Positions 1-11,935 of a stretch of DNA of 64,000 nucleotides are shown one piece after another; position 1 is the first letter of the stretch; each line of letters starts with the position of its first letter. Origin of the DNA: Octopus sinensis (Eukaryota); contig NC_043005.1 in NCBI RefSeq assembly GCF_006345805.1, positions 49,848,001 to 49,912,000 of the forward strand. The letters run 5' to 3'. The notes below the pieces were generated by a model, which saw only the letters and a program-made list of their open reading frames with translations, was not told the DNA's origin and did no database searches. The position numbers were made by a program, and so were the translations under genes.

Positions 1-240
1 TAAAATCAATTGCCTTACTGAAGTGTCAGGTATACGAAACAAGAACGGAAAAACAGACAATGTTACACGAATATAAATACAAAAATACAATAAAAAAACA
101 ACAATAATAATAATAATAACAGGACATAACAACAGGCGTCTTTCGACTGGGGACGAATTGAATTCAGCTGAAGCCTTACGACAGAGGGAAGAATATCGAT
201 GTGGCAGTGACCGTGGCCTTAGCCTTGCCATTGCCCATAG
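1..240 (-). repeat. Unclassified interspersed repeat (family X), reverse copy
   Basis: Reverse complement of the segment at about 4600-4790 (…gtcgaaagac(a/g)cctgttgttatgtcctgttattattatt…tcgtgtaacatcgtctgtttttccgt…). Further copies at 2672-2840, 3160-3240, 4555-4890 and 13430-13830. Orientation is arbitrary. Confidence 0.7.
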
Positions 241-875
241 TAATGCTGTGAACATGTTGGCTTGCTTCAGTAGGTTCTGTTAAACCTTGTGGTATGCAAT
301 CACACGTAGCACTTAATGCTGAAATGGGCATTTATCTTCTTTCTTTCTCTTTTTTCCTTCTTCATCCATGTTTGTGTTTTTTCCAGTTTTGGATTTATTT
401 TTTAAATGTGGTTTTGTATATATACGTATCATATACATACGTGTTGTATATATGTTAATATTAAAGTACCTAAATTTTCACTAATTTGCCATCTTATTAG
501 ATTTTATAAATAAAATAAATAGCAGTCGGGCACTGGGGGTTGATGTAATTGACTTACTCTTCCTTTAAAATTGCAGGCCTTGTGCCAAAATTTGAAACCT
601 TTATTAGCATCAGGGAACATAAGGTAAATAAAATACATGAATTCTTTAAAAAATTAGATCTTGGACAATGTTTTAAAATTGTTGTAACTGTAGTTAAGAA
701 TTTCTCATCACAACCATCAGGTGTCAGATTCAACCCCATTTTTCGACATCATGTGCAGGTTCCTTCTGAAATTGCCTTAGGTCGATTAATGCCTTATAAG
801 TGATATTTAGTTGAAAGAAACTGGGAGATCAGTTGATTTAAAGATTGAAGGTGAAGTTGTGAGGAAACCAGTTGC

Positions 876-1648
876 GGGATCTTTTCCTTTTGAACGGCAC
901 TTTTCAACACAATTTCTAGTTAACTAAACACTTTTAAACTTCGTATACTGGTAGAATGTGTCAAAATAAAACATTTTTTTCTTTTATGTCTTTTGAGAAA
1001 ATTGTAATTTGTAAGTTTGACGTAGTTTAATTTTTCGAATTTTAACCAATCCTATGCCCTCTATTTAGCTAAAATCATTTGCTGCGTCTAAAACTGAGAC
1101 AACATCCTGTCACTAACTTTAACTCTAACCCTAACCATAACCCTAACCCTAAATTTTAGCCTTTCGTTTTTTTTCTTAATTGTTAAATTAATTTAAATGT
1201 TATGCGTGTGTCTAAAATTATTCGTTTTGTTTTTGTTTTAAGTTTTTGCTTTCGTTTTAGCCTTTCATTTTTTTTTCTTAATTGTTAAATTAAAATTATT
1301 TTCCATTGCTTTCGTTTTTTTTTTATTAATTGTTATCCTTAAATTAATTTAACAATTAAGAAAAAAAAAAACGAAAGGCTAAAATTTAGGGTTAGGGTGA
1401 GGATTAGGGTTAGTGACAGGATGTTGTCTGTTTTAGACGCAGCAAATGATTTTAGCTAAATAGAGGGCATAGGATTGGTTAAAATTCGAAAAATTAAACT
1501 ACGTTAAATAAACAAATTACAATTTTATCAAGAAAGCCAAGAGAAAAAAATGTTTTATTTTGACACATTCTACCAGTATACGAAGTTTAAAAGTGTTTAG
1601 TTAACTAGAAATTGTGTTGAAAAGTGCCGTTCAAAAGGAAAAGATCCC
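876..1648. mobile_element. Foldback/MITE-like element with about 320-bp terminal inverted repeats containing telomere-like (TAACCC)n motifs
   Basis: GGGATCTTTTCCTTTTGAACGGCAC… at 876 is the reverse complement of …GTGCCGTTCAAAAGGAAAAGATCCC ending at 1648. The arms stay complementary to about 1200/1340. TAACCC motifs at 1113-1152, TTAGGG at 1386-1413. Confidence 0.85.
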
Positions 1649-2593
1649 AGTTGTGTATGTGTGTGTACAAATTTTGCCGGTATATACACTTCGGCGAGAA
1701 AATCTCTAATTGGTGTTTGCAAAAAAAAGACGGGAAAAAAAAACGTTTGTTATTTACTTCTAATCGGTTTGCACAGACAACCCCATCCTTCGTATTCGTT
1801 ACAAAAAGTGCAGAGCACCCAATGATCGATCGGTTCGAAATGAGTAAACAGCGAAGCTATTAGTCACAAGACGTAATGTGAAATAAATAATGTATGTGTA
1901 CGAGTATGGGTGGTTGTGTGTGTATGTGTGTGAAATAGACAGAAGAGAGAAAGACAGACAATGAGAGACCAGAGAAAGAAAGAAACCTATCGTGGTAGGG
2001 GAAGTAACTTTTCATATATTTATTGATGGTGGTTATGGATCCTTGCCAATACTATAGAATGAAATAAATTATCCTCTCCACTATCATTATTATCTCTTGT
2101 CAACAATTAGTTTTGTATCAGCATCTAAACTCCTTTCTCTTTTCTAAATACTATAAACGTGGAGACAAAATAAATAAATAATAAATAAATAAATAAATCA
2201 AAAAACTTCTTCCTTTTCATAGAATAAACTAGTATACAGGCACAAGCCTTGAAGTTTTGGAGAAGTTGGTAAGTCGATTACATTAATTCCAATGACTCAA
2301 CTGGTACTTATTTCATCAACTCTGAACAGCAAAGCTGACTTATTGGAGTTTGAACTCAGAACGTGAAGCTGACGAAATGTTGTTAAGCATTTTTGCCAGG
2401 CGTGCTAACGATTCTGCTACCACAGAACTATACCGTAATATTTTAATTTCAATTGACAAAAGGCCAGAATTTTATTGAGACGGGTTCAGCTTTTATATCG
2501 ATTTCAGTTCTTGATTGCTATGTCATTTTATCAATCTCAGAACGATGAAAGGCAAAGTTGATCGTGGCACAGATACGCACACGACAAAAAATA

Positions 2594-2600
<7 letters not shown>

Positions 2601-2672
<72 letters not shown>
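2601..2672. repeat. (AT)n microsatellite
   Basis: Direct reading. Confidence 0.95.
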
Positions 2673-2674
<2 letters not shown>

Positions 2675-2843
2675 CGGCTTATTAATCTTCAGATTGCTTC
2701 AATCTAGCCAGCCCCAAGTAAAAACTAAGCTAAGAGCATTAGATTCCTTGGAAAAAAAGCATGGAATGTAATCGAAACAAGAACGGAAAAACAGACGATG
2801 TTACACGAACATAAGTACAAAAATACAATAAAAAACAATAACT
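2672..2843 (-). repeat. Family X repeat fragment
   Basis: Reverse complement of 4740-4890. Confidence 0.7.
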
Positions 2844-3074
2844 TGTTTCTTTACTACCCACAAGGGGCTAAACACAGAGAGTACAAACAAGGACAGACAA
2901 ACGGGTTAAGTCGATTATATCGACCTCAGTGCGTAACTGGTACTTAATTTATCGACCCCGAAAGGATGAAAGGGAAAGTCGACCTCGGCGGAATTTGAAC
3001 TCAGAACGTAACGGCTGACGAAATACGGCTACGCATTTCGCCCGGCGTGCTAACGTTTCTGCCAGCTCGCCGCC
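2844..3074 (-). mobile_element. tRNA-derived SINE family A, young full-length copy with tail type i
   Basis: On - it reads GGCGGCGAGCTGGCAGAAACGTTAGCACGCCGGGCGAAATGCGTAGCC…GTTCTGAGTTCAAATTCCGCC (A-box/B-box-like head), then a body and tail nearly identical to 43535-43761 and 45267-45491. Confidence 0.9.
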
Positions 3075-3075
3075 C

Positions 3076-3098
3076 TAACAACAACAACAACAATAATA

Positions 3099-3160
<62 letters not shown>
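3076..3160. repeat. (AAC)n/(AAT)n microsatellite
   Basis: Direct reading. Confidence 0.95.
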
Positions 3161-3266
3161 TATTCGTGTAACATCGTCTGTTTTTCCGTCCCTTTTTGTA
3201 TCACCTAGTTGTCCGGATGTTTTGCATTCTTGTCCCATTTTGTATTTTATTATATATATATATATA

Positions 3267-3779
3267 CTAGCAGTATCGCCCGGCGTTGCTCGGGTTTGTA
3301 AGGGAAATAACTATATAAGCATTTTTAGAGAGTTACTTCCCTTATAGATGCCAATTCGGGCTTTCTTAGCCATTTCTGTTTTGGTGTCTTCAAGCCATGA
3401 AGTCGTTGTTCTAAAAGAACGCTGGTCTCCTTGACAACGCTTTACGACGTTGATTTCCTTACACTCCCTTCCCCACAGCTTCACGAGGGAGGGAAGAAGG
3501 GGGGGAAGCAAACAGGTGCAGGTGTGACCATGGACGCCAACTCCGCCGCCATCGACACACGAAAAATTATGCATTAAAATGAAATAAAAAATGATGTTAA
3601 ATTATTTTTAAAATCGTAGACTCATCGTAGACGCGCGCTAATAGCCAGACGGGCTCGATATGAATCACGACTATAAGATACCCGAATTTGGTTAAACTGC
3701 ACCGCAAAATGTGGGAGTAGTTAGGAATCTAAATCGAAGGGGACAGACACTCACACAACTACAGTTTTATATATATAGA
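3267..3779 (-). mobile_element. Non-autonomous Helitron, 3' unit of a tandem dimer
   Basis: On - it starts TCTATATATATAAAACTG and ends …GAGCAACGCCGGGCGATACTGCTAG (GC-rich subterminal motif plus CTAG). No TSD. Confidence 0.9.
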
Positions 3780-4283
3780 CTAGCAGTATCGCCCGGCGTT
3801 GCTCGGATTTGTAAGGGAAATAACTATATAAGCATTTTTAGAGAGTTACTTCCCTTATAAATTCGGGCTTTCTTAGCCATTTTTGTTTTGGTGTCTTCAA
3901 GCCATGAAGTCGTTGTTCTAAAAGAACGCTGGTTTCCTTCACAACGCATTACGACGTTGATTTCTTTACACTCCCTTCCCCACAGCTTCACGAGGGAGGG
4001 AAGGGGGAGAAGCAAACAGGTGCAGCTGTGAGCGTGGACGCCAACTCCGCCGCCATCGACACACGAAAAATTATGCATTAAAATGGAATAAAAAATGATG
4101 TTAAATTATTTTTAAAATCGTAGACTCATCGTAGACGCGCGCTAATACTCAGACGGGCTCGATATGAATCACGACTATAAGATACCCGAATTTGGTTAAA
4201 CTGCACCGCAAAATGTGGGAGGAGTTAGGAATCTAAATCGAAGGGGACAGACACTCACACAACTAGAGTTTTATATATATAGA
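3780..4283 (-). mobile_element. Non-autonomous Helitron, 5' unit of a tandem dimer
   Basis: Near-identical to 3267-3779 and joined to it with no spacer. The dimer sits between A3266 and T4284, the canonical AT target. Confidence 0.9.
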
Positions 4284-4554
4284 TATATAGTAGCGTACGT
4301 ACACTTTGTTCTCTTGTATGTAAGTAGGCATTTCACTAAATTTTCTACTTTTTCAACACTTTCTCCCCCCTCTCTCTCTCACATTTCTTTGCTTTTCTTA
4401 CTTCACTTTGCACTTCACTATGTCCCCGTCTCTCTCTTTTTTTTTCTCGCCACTCCTTGATTCTTCCGTCTATCTACTTCTACACACTTTCTCTCGCTCT
4501 CTCTGTCTCTCTTCTTCCCCTTCTTAATTCCTTTGTTCCTCTTTTTCTCTCTCT

Positions 4555-4890
4555 TCTCGTTGTATCACCTAGTTGACCGTTGGCCGACTGCTAGCCCTTT
4601 TTGCGTCTGACCACGGTCACTGCCACATCGATATTCTTCCCTCTGCCGTAAGGCTTCATTTCCACACACATTCGTCCCCAGTCGAAAGACACCTGTTGTT
4701 ATGTCCTGTTATTATTATTATTTTTTATTGTATTTTTGTATTTATATTCGTGTAACATCGTCTGTTTTTCCGTCCTTGTTTCGTATACATTCGATGCTTT
4801 TTTTTTCAAGGAATGTAATGCTCTCAGCTTAGTTTTTCCTTGGGGCTGGCCAGATTGGAGCAATCTCAAGATTAATCAGCCGAATTATAT
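4555..4890 (+). repeat. Family X repeat, longest copy
   Basis: Homologous to 1-240 (inverted), 2672-2840 (inverted) and 13430-13830. Confidence 0.7.
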
Positions 4891-4894
4891 ACAT

Positions 4895-5060
4895 ACATAC
4901 GACGGGCTTTTTTCAGCTTCCGTCTACCATATCCACTCACAAGTGCTTGGTCGCTCCGAGTCTTTAGTAGAAGACACTTGTCCAAGATGCCATGCAGTGC
5001 GACTGAACCTGGACCCATGTGGTTGGGAAGCAAGCTTCTTACCATACAGCCACTCCTGCA
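4895..5060 (-). mobile_element. SINE family B 5' part (CORE-like)
   Basis: Reverse complement of the head and core of 19848-20238. Confidence 0.8.
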
Positions 5061-5107
5061 GTTAGTTTTTAAAAGTCTAAAACTTGTTCGGTCCTATGGT
5101 GACAACA

Positions 5108-5184
<77 letters not shown>
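5108..5184. repeat. (TATC)n microsatellite
   Basis: Direct reading; source of the IYLS ORFs. Confidence 0.95.
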
Positions 5185-5187
<3 letters not shown>

Positions 5188-5404
5188 TACCCCTCACTCT
5201 CTCTCTGTGTCTCTCACTCTCGCTCACTCATTCTATTTCTTTCCTCCACTTCTAAATATATGTTGTAACAGGCGATATCTCCCCTTTTGATAACTCCCCC
5301 TTTTCCCTTGATCTAATAGATGTTGTGACAGACAGACAGATTGACAGATAGAGATCAGCTTCTCATTTATAATATAAGATTTGGCATAATTACTAGAATC
5401 TTCA

Positions 5405-5630
5405 TTAATGATTGCTTCAAATTTTAGCAGAATGCTATCAATTTTAGGGAGATGGGGTTAGTCAGTGACGTCAATCTCAATGCTCGACTGGTACTTATTC
5501 TATCGACCCCGAAAAGATGAAAAAGCAAAGTCGATCTCGGCAGAATTTGAACTCAGGACGTAAAGACGGATGAAATGCCGCTAAGCATTTTGCCCGGCGT
5601 GTTAACTGATCTGCCAGATCGCCACCTTTA
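5405..5630 (-). mobile_element. SINE family A, diverged
   Basis: Similarity to 2844-3074 body (tcgaccccgaaaagatgaaa…gaatttgaactcag). Confidence 0.8.
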
Positions 5631-6244
5631 TTGATAATGGTAAAATATTGAAAACAAACCAAATTATCACAGACTGTTTGCGCAATCTTATAAAAATATT
5701 ACGTCGGCATTTATGTGGGGAGGTCACATAATTTTATCACAAGTCTTTCCTCAGTACACATAAACCATACCTGATTTATGTCTTACATTATTCAGTGACT
5801 TTGTTAGATTAAAAAGAAAAACGTTTCTTACCAACTAAGCGAAAAATGTTAAAATTTTTATCAGCTTAACGATATTTTAGCTAATTATGTATATTGATGC
5901 AAATCGGTTTCACTTTGATTTACGAAAATGTAAGAGTTTAACGATTTGTTATTGATTGAGCTATTAATAACTACAGCGAATTTATTCTTTGATGTTTATA
6001 CATCAATTCTCTGTATGTATATAAGTTTATGGATGAATAAATATTTACATGGTGCCACATACATGGAATGCTTTTGATCGTAGGTCTGCTTGGTTAAGTT
6101 TGTACTGTTTTGATAGATTATGTCCCTTGGATTTTCCACTTATAGCTAGCGGCTAAAAAGACCACCGCAGTATATATTTGATTGCGGGATGGAAGCGGAT
6201 AAGGGTGGGTTAAAAGTGTGGGAGATGAGAGACTGTTAATATTA

Positions 6245-6605
6245 CTGTCAAATTTTGGTACAAGGCCAACAATTTTTGGGGAGGGAGTAGGTCGATTACA
6301 TCGACTCCTGCGTTCAACTTGTATTTATTTTATTGAACCCCGAAACGATGAAAGACAAAGCCGACTTCGGTGGAATTTGAACTCAGAGCGTAAGACAAAC
6401 AAAATGTCGCTAAGCATTTTGCCCGGCGTGCTAACAATTCTACCAGCTCGCTGTCTTAATGGAGTGTTACTATTGGTTTCATATTTTGGCACAAGGCTAA
6501 CAATTTCGTGGGAGGGAGGGAGGAAGTCGATTACATGGATCTCGGTTTTCAACTGGTGCTTATTTTGTCGACCCCGAAAAGATAAAAGGCACAGTCAACC
6601 TTGGC
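6245..6605 (-). mobile_element. Two adjacent diverged SINE A copies
   Basis: Body motifs repeated at about 6290-6450 and 6520-6605. Confidence 0.75.
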
Positions 6606-6702
6606 CGGAATTTAAGGAATGTAAGGCGGCGGGCTGGCAGAATCGTTAGTAAAAAGCTCTTGTGAATGCATTTAGTAGACAGAAAATGAAAGACGCCTTT
6701 TG

Positions 6703-6885
<183 letters not shown>

Positions 6886-7142
6886 GTATTCTATATGTGT
6901 GTGAATGTTGATGTAATAGCTATTATATAGTTAAGATTATGAAACAGCTGTAAACGAATGGAATAAACTTCTACTCTCTCTCTCTCTCACTTCACTTTTC
7001 TTATCTGTTCTAATTACATATACATTCTCTCCACCATTGTATCACCCGGATTTTCAGAACGATACCAAGGTTCATATTAACCTCAACCATAGTCATTCTG
7101 GTTAGCTATGCACTTTGCGGAGAGTTTAACGCGAGATCGAAT

Positions 7143-7165
7143 CTCTGCTGCTGCTGCTGCTGCTA

Positions 7166-7197
<32 letters not shown>

Positions 7198-7347
7198 GCT
7201 GCTGCTACTACTACAACTACTACTACTGCTGCTGCTGCTGCTACTACTACTACTACTACTACTGCTGCTGCTGCTACTACTACTACTACTGCTCTGCTGC
7301 TGCTACTGCTGCTGCTACTGCTGCTGCTACTGCTGCTGCTACTGCTG

Positions 7348-7395
<48 letters not shown>

Positions 7396-7396
7396 T
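7143..7396. repeat. Compound (CTG)n/(CTA)n trinucleotide tract
   Basis: Direct reading; explains the poly-A/T/L and poly-S/V ORFs. Confidence 0.95.
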
Positions 7397-7614
7397 ATGT
7401 GTGTGTGCGTATATATCTTTGCGTTTGTTCCCCCATAATCACTTGACAATCAGACGAATATGATAAATGGAAAATAGAATTTGATTTACGATGAACATAC
7501 GGTTGAAATATTTGAATATCACAGAGTTTACTTAGATGAAATACCAGCGTTAACAACAGCTGTACTTTGTAAGACAGGTAAAGCGGCAGAGATTATAATA
7601 ATTTATACAAACAA

Positions 7615-8130
7615 CTAGCAGTATCGCCCGGCGTTGCTCGGATTTGTAAGGGAAATAACTATATAAGCATTTTTAGAGAGTTACTTCCCTTATAGATGCC
7701 AATTCGGGCTTTCTTAGCCATTTCTGTTTTGGTGTCTTCAAGCCATGAAGTCGTTGTTCTAAAAGAACGCTGGTCTCCTTGACAACGCTTTACGACGTTG
7801 ATTTCCTTACACTCCCTTCCCCACAGCTTCACGAGGGAGGGAAGAAGGGGGAGAAACAAACACAGGTGCAGGTGTTTGACCATGGACGCCAACTCCGCCG
7901 CCATCGACACACGAAAAATTATGCATTAAAATGGAATAAAAAATGATGTTAAATTATTTTTAAAATCGTAGACTCATCGTAGACGCGCGCTAATACTCAG
8001 ACGGGCTCGATATGAATCACGACTATAAGATACCCGGTTTTGGTTAAACTGCACCGCAAAATGTGGGAGTAGTTAGGAATCTAAATCGAAGGGGACAGAC
8101 ACTCACACAACTACAGTTTTATATATATAG
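7615..8130 (-). mobile_element. Non-autonomous Helitron, same subfamily as 3267-3779
   Basis: ACTAGCAGTATCGCCCGGCGTTGCTCGG at the left end, …CTACAGTTTTATATATATAG at the right end; near-identical body. Confidence 0.9.
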
Positions 8131-8179
8131 GTATAATAGGCATGAGAGCGCTCGTGTATGTATATATAAGAAAAGACAC

Positions 8180-8410
8180 ACATATATATATAGGGAAAAT
8201 TCACAAAGATGAAAAAAACAACAGCAAAAGACGAAGACAGGTGATGTAGACAACAAACAGATGTATTAGCTTAACGCTCGGGAAGAGAAAAAGTCCTTAA
8301 TGTTTCGAGCCTACGCTCTTCCACAGAAAGGAACAAGGAAAGAAACAAGGAGAGAAAATAAAGAATGTGTAGTGGCTAGCGATCTATCATGGCGAATGCC
8401 GGATAGGGGG
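8180..8410 (-). mobile_element. Family Y repeat (Penelope-like terminal repeat) with a hammerhead-like motif
   Basis: On -: CTTT-CTGTGGA-A-GAGC-GTAG-GCTC-GAAAC-ATT-AAGG at 8294-8330. Homologous to 19495-19650, 26590-26760, 37340-37500 and 61245-61400. Confidence 0.6.
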
Positions 8411-8414
8411 GTCG

Positions 8415-8550
8415 TAGCTCATTTACTAACCAAATGGTTCCGGGTTCAGCCCCACTGCATGGCATCTTGGGCAAGTGTCTTCTACTATTGCCTCGAGCCG
8501 ACCAAAGCCTTGTGAGTGGATTTGGTAGATGGAAACTAAAAGAAGCCCGT

Positions 8551-8552
<2 letters not shown>
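8415..8552 (+). mobile_element. SINE family B 5' part
   Basis: gggttcagccccactgcatggcatcttgggcaagtgtcttctactattgcctcgagccgaccaaagcc. Confidence 0.8.
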
Positions 8553-8641
<89 letters not shown>

Positions 8642-9556
8642 GTGTGTATGTGTGTGTGTTTGTGTATGTATGTCTATGTATATATGAAGAAAATGTGTTA
8701 TATATATATGTGTGTGTGTGTGTTTATGTATATAAGAAAAAGTGTGCGAATATCTTTTATCTTTTACTTGTTTCAGTCATTGGATTGCGACCATGCTGGG
8801 GCTCTTCCTTAATAAGTTTAGTCGAACGAATTGATCCCAGTGCTTCTATCGCTTTCTTTTTGCCAAACTGCTATATTACAGGGATGTAAACAAGCCAACT
8901 CCAGTTGTGAGTCGGTGATAAGAGACACGCACATAGACACACACACACACATATATGTATGTATGTATGTAGCTAGCCAGGGCTAGCTATAGAAGAAGAC
9001 ACTTGCCCAAGGTCCCATGCAGTGGAACTGAACCCGAGACCACATGGCTGGGAAGCAAAGTTCTTAACAACACGCACGGCCATGCCTAAAAATATCTATG
9101 ATAATAATACTCTTGTGTTTTTCTCCGTCACAACATGAGAAAGGAGAGGATGATAGATGTATAAAGAAGGAAGAAGTAATGGAAAACTTGGTAGTGAGAT
9201 GATGGAAATTCAACGCTGAAAAGAAAAAGCAAACAGCGTTTCAACTCTGTGTGAGTATATGTAAAAAGGAGGTATGTGAATATGTGTGTGTGTAATGGAA
9301 GTGGGATGGTGAACATTCAACGCTGAAAAGAAAAATCAAACAGCGTTTCAACTCTGTGTAAATATATGTGTATATGTATGCATGTGCATGTACAAGGGAA
9401 GTACGTGAACGTTTATCTGTGTGAACCAGCGTTCCTTCAGTAATAAACGATAATCGATATCACGTCTCAAAAATACAACCTCTAGATAACATTGACAAGT
9501 GTATTAATTTGAATTACCATCCATATTCTATCTTTTGTCTTTATTTTTATATAAAA

Positions 9557-9938
9557 CTAGCAGTATCGCCCGGCTGCTCAGGTTTGTAAGGGAAATAAAC
9601 TATAAAAGCATTTTTAGAGAGTTAAGCCAAAAAATAGCAAAAAAAGGAAAGAAAATGATGGTAAATTTTTTTTGAGAGTAAAAAAAGGTTGAGTTGCGTC
9701 CCCTAGACAGTCTGTGGTTTGTTTTTTTTTATTCTCGACCCCATGTCGAATTTATCGATTTTTTTCAGAACTGGGGGAACTTTTCAAATTTCGCTGCGTT
9801 AGTTTTGAATTATGATATTGGGCTATGTGTGTGTCAAGTTTCATCAGAATCGGTTGAAAGCCGTGGTCAGAGTGAGGGTACAAGCAAACAGACACACAGA
9901 AACACGCACAGACAAACTGCCGTTTATATAGAGAGAGA
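9557..9938 (-). mobile_element. Non-autonomous Helitron with the shared 3' end and a different 5' body
   Basis: A|CTAGCAGTATCGCCCGGCTGCTCAGG left end; …TTTATATAGAGAGAGA|T right end. Confidence 0.8.
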
Positions 9939-10254
9939 TACTACAATTAGCCAGCATTTTTGACGACATGGGGTGAGCTAGTATAAATTACATTTATTCT
10001 GAAGCTTACGCATGCGAAAATAAAAAAAAAAGAGAAATTAGTACAAGGGAAATAACTCCCTTGAGATACAAATGTCACAGCAGCAACATAAACATAATCA
10101 GTGTTGTGTGTCACTCATTATTTTTGCCTTGTTTCTGGTTATGTTTAATGTGTTCTTGAGTGTGATGGATGTTTGTATTTGATTGTTTTCTAGTGTAGCA
10201 GGTAGGAAGCAAGGTGATAGATTTGCCAGGTGCTTGCTATTTCAGGTTTGCTTT

Positions 10255-10550
10255 GAAGCTTGTGAAGGCGCGTGACTAAGTGGTTAGGGTATTTGGCTCT
10301 TGGTAGTAAAGTGGAGTGTTCGATTCTTGACGGCACATTGTGTTCTTAAACAAGTCACTTTATTTTCATGTTGCTTCAGTCTATTCAGCAGGTAAAATAA
10401 AGGCCGGCCTTGACACATTCTGTGTTACGCTTAATCTCCCTCAGAACTACGTTAAGAGTACGCGTGTCATTCACTTGTACGTTAATTCATGAGCAAGCTG
10501 TTCCGTTGTGTGAATCAACTGGAACCCTCGTCGTCGTAACCGACGGAATG
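10255..10550 (+). mobile_element. SINE family C, diverged
   Basis: Similarity to the reverse complement of 31891-32276 (…aactacgttaagagtacgcgtgtc…ggaaccctcgtcgtcgtaaccgacgg). Confidence 0.75.
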
Positions 10551-10672
10551 CGTGTTTTTTTTTTTATGTTTGAACCCATGTTTTGAGAGGGTTGATATAA
10601 GAGATAAATTAGTTGTGCAGTTATCTCTAATGAATGATGGGAGAATCTGATTGTGATGCTATTTATTCAGTA

Positions 10673-11051
10673 CTAGCTCGGGTTTCCTTCGACCCTTTAG
10701 AATTGGAATTTTTGAAAAGTAAAAATTTTGCATTATGTAGCTAGTTATTCTCTTCAAGTGAACATTTTTCTGGTTGAAATACACCGAAAAACGGCGACAC
10801 AGCAGTCAAAAAATCGTAAACAAATAGGGATTTTCATAGAAAAAAACCCCACTTTTCTGATGTAAAGAATTTTTGGTGTTAACATAGTCCGATTTGAATT
10901 TTTTCTTCTAAGGAAGGAAGAGCAAGCCTTCTTCTATCATACTCTCAATTTTGGTCAACTTGCACCGCAGGGTCTCGGAGGAGATAGTGTTAGTTGAAGG
11001 CTACCAAACCGGCCATACACAGACAACTTCAGCTTTATATATAGAGAGAGA
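10673..11051 (-). mobile_element. Non-autonomous Helitron, different subfamily
   Basis: A|CTAGCTCGGGTTTCCTTCGACCC (GGGT/ACCC hairpin) at the left end; …CTTTATATATAGAGAGAGA|T at the right end. Confidence 0.75.
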
Positions 11052-11537
11052 TTAGAAAATTGTATATGGATTGTTGTGGTGTGAGAAGGCCGTGTAGGTT
11101 CAGAGTGAAAAAACTGAATACAAGAGAAAAAAACTGGCTGTTATGGTGCTGCATCTGGGAAACGTTTTGGGGCTGCCTAAATGGCGTCGCTGATTCGACA
11201 CTGACATCAAACATGTTTTTTTCCCTCTCCCTTCATTTGTTTATGTGTGTGAGCATCTAGCTATGTTCGTACCTATATGTAATCTCACTACATCTCTTTC
11301 TGTGTCTATATTTTTGCGCATACACATGCGTGTATGTCTGTATATATGTATGTATGTAAGCGCGCGCGCGCGTGTCTGTTTGCCTCCTATGCTAAAATGT
11401 ACTGTCGTTAAGACAGATTAAATCTCCAGTCAACCTTGCCAAATAGTTGGCGTCAATCAGCTGCGCCCAATCAGCTCATTCTGAGTTAGCTATTCCTTGT
11501 TTTGTAGTACTGTTTCGTAAAGAGGTTGTTGAGAGTA

Positions 11538-11935
11538 TCTTTATATATAAAAGTGAGGTTGTGTGCTGTCTGTCTCCTACGATTTAGATTTCTAACTACT
11601 CCCACATTTTGCGGTGCAGTTTAACCAAAACCGGGTATCTTATAGTCGTGATTCATATCGAGCCCTTCTGGGTATTAGCGCGCGTCTACGGTGAGTCTAC
11701 GATTAAAAAAAAAATTACCATCAATTTTTCCCATTTTTAATGCATTTTTGGCATATATAAGGGAAGTAACTCTCTAAAAATTTATTATTAAATCTCAGAA
11801 CGTAAAAAGCTACAGTAACAACCCCCCCCCTTTGTGGTTAGCCATATTGAGATGGCTATTATACTTTACATCTCTAAAAATGCTTATATAGTTATTTCCC
11901 TTACAAACCCGAGCAACGCCGGGCGATACTGCTAG
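11538..11935 (+). mobile_element. Non-autonomous Helitron
   Basis: A|TCTTTATATATAAAAG … CCGAGCAACGCCGGGCGATACTGCTAG|T. Confidence 0.9.

Noticed and set aside
1113-1413. True telomere or chromosome-fusion scar
   Set aside because: Only a few degenerate hexamers, embedded symmetrically in transposon-like arms.
6218-6649. 143-aa ORF and similar SINE-spanning ORFs (20278, 45352, 53203, 56765)
   Set aside because: Chance open frames through SINE A sequence.
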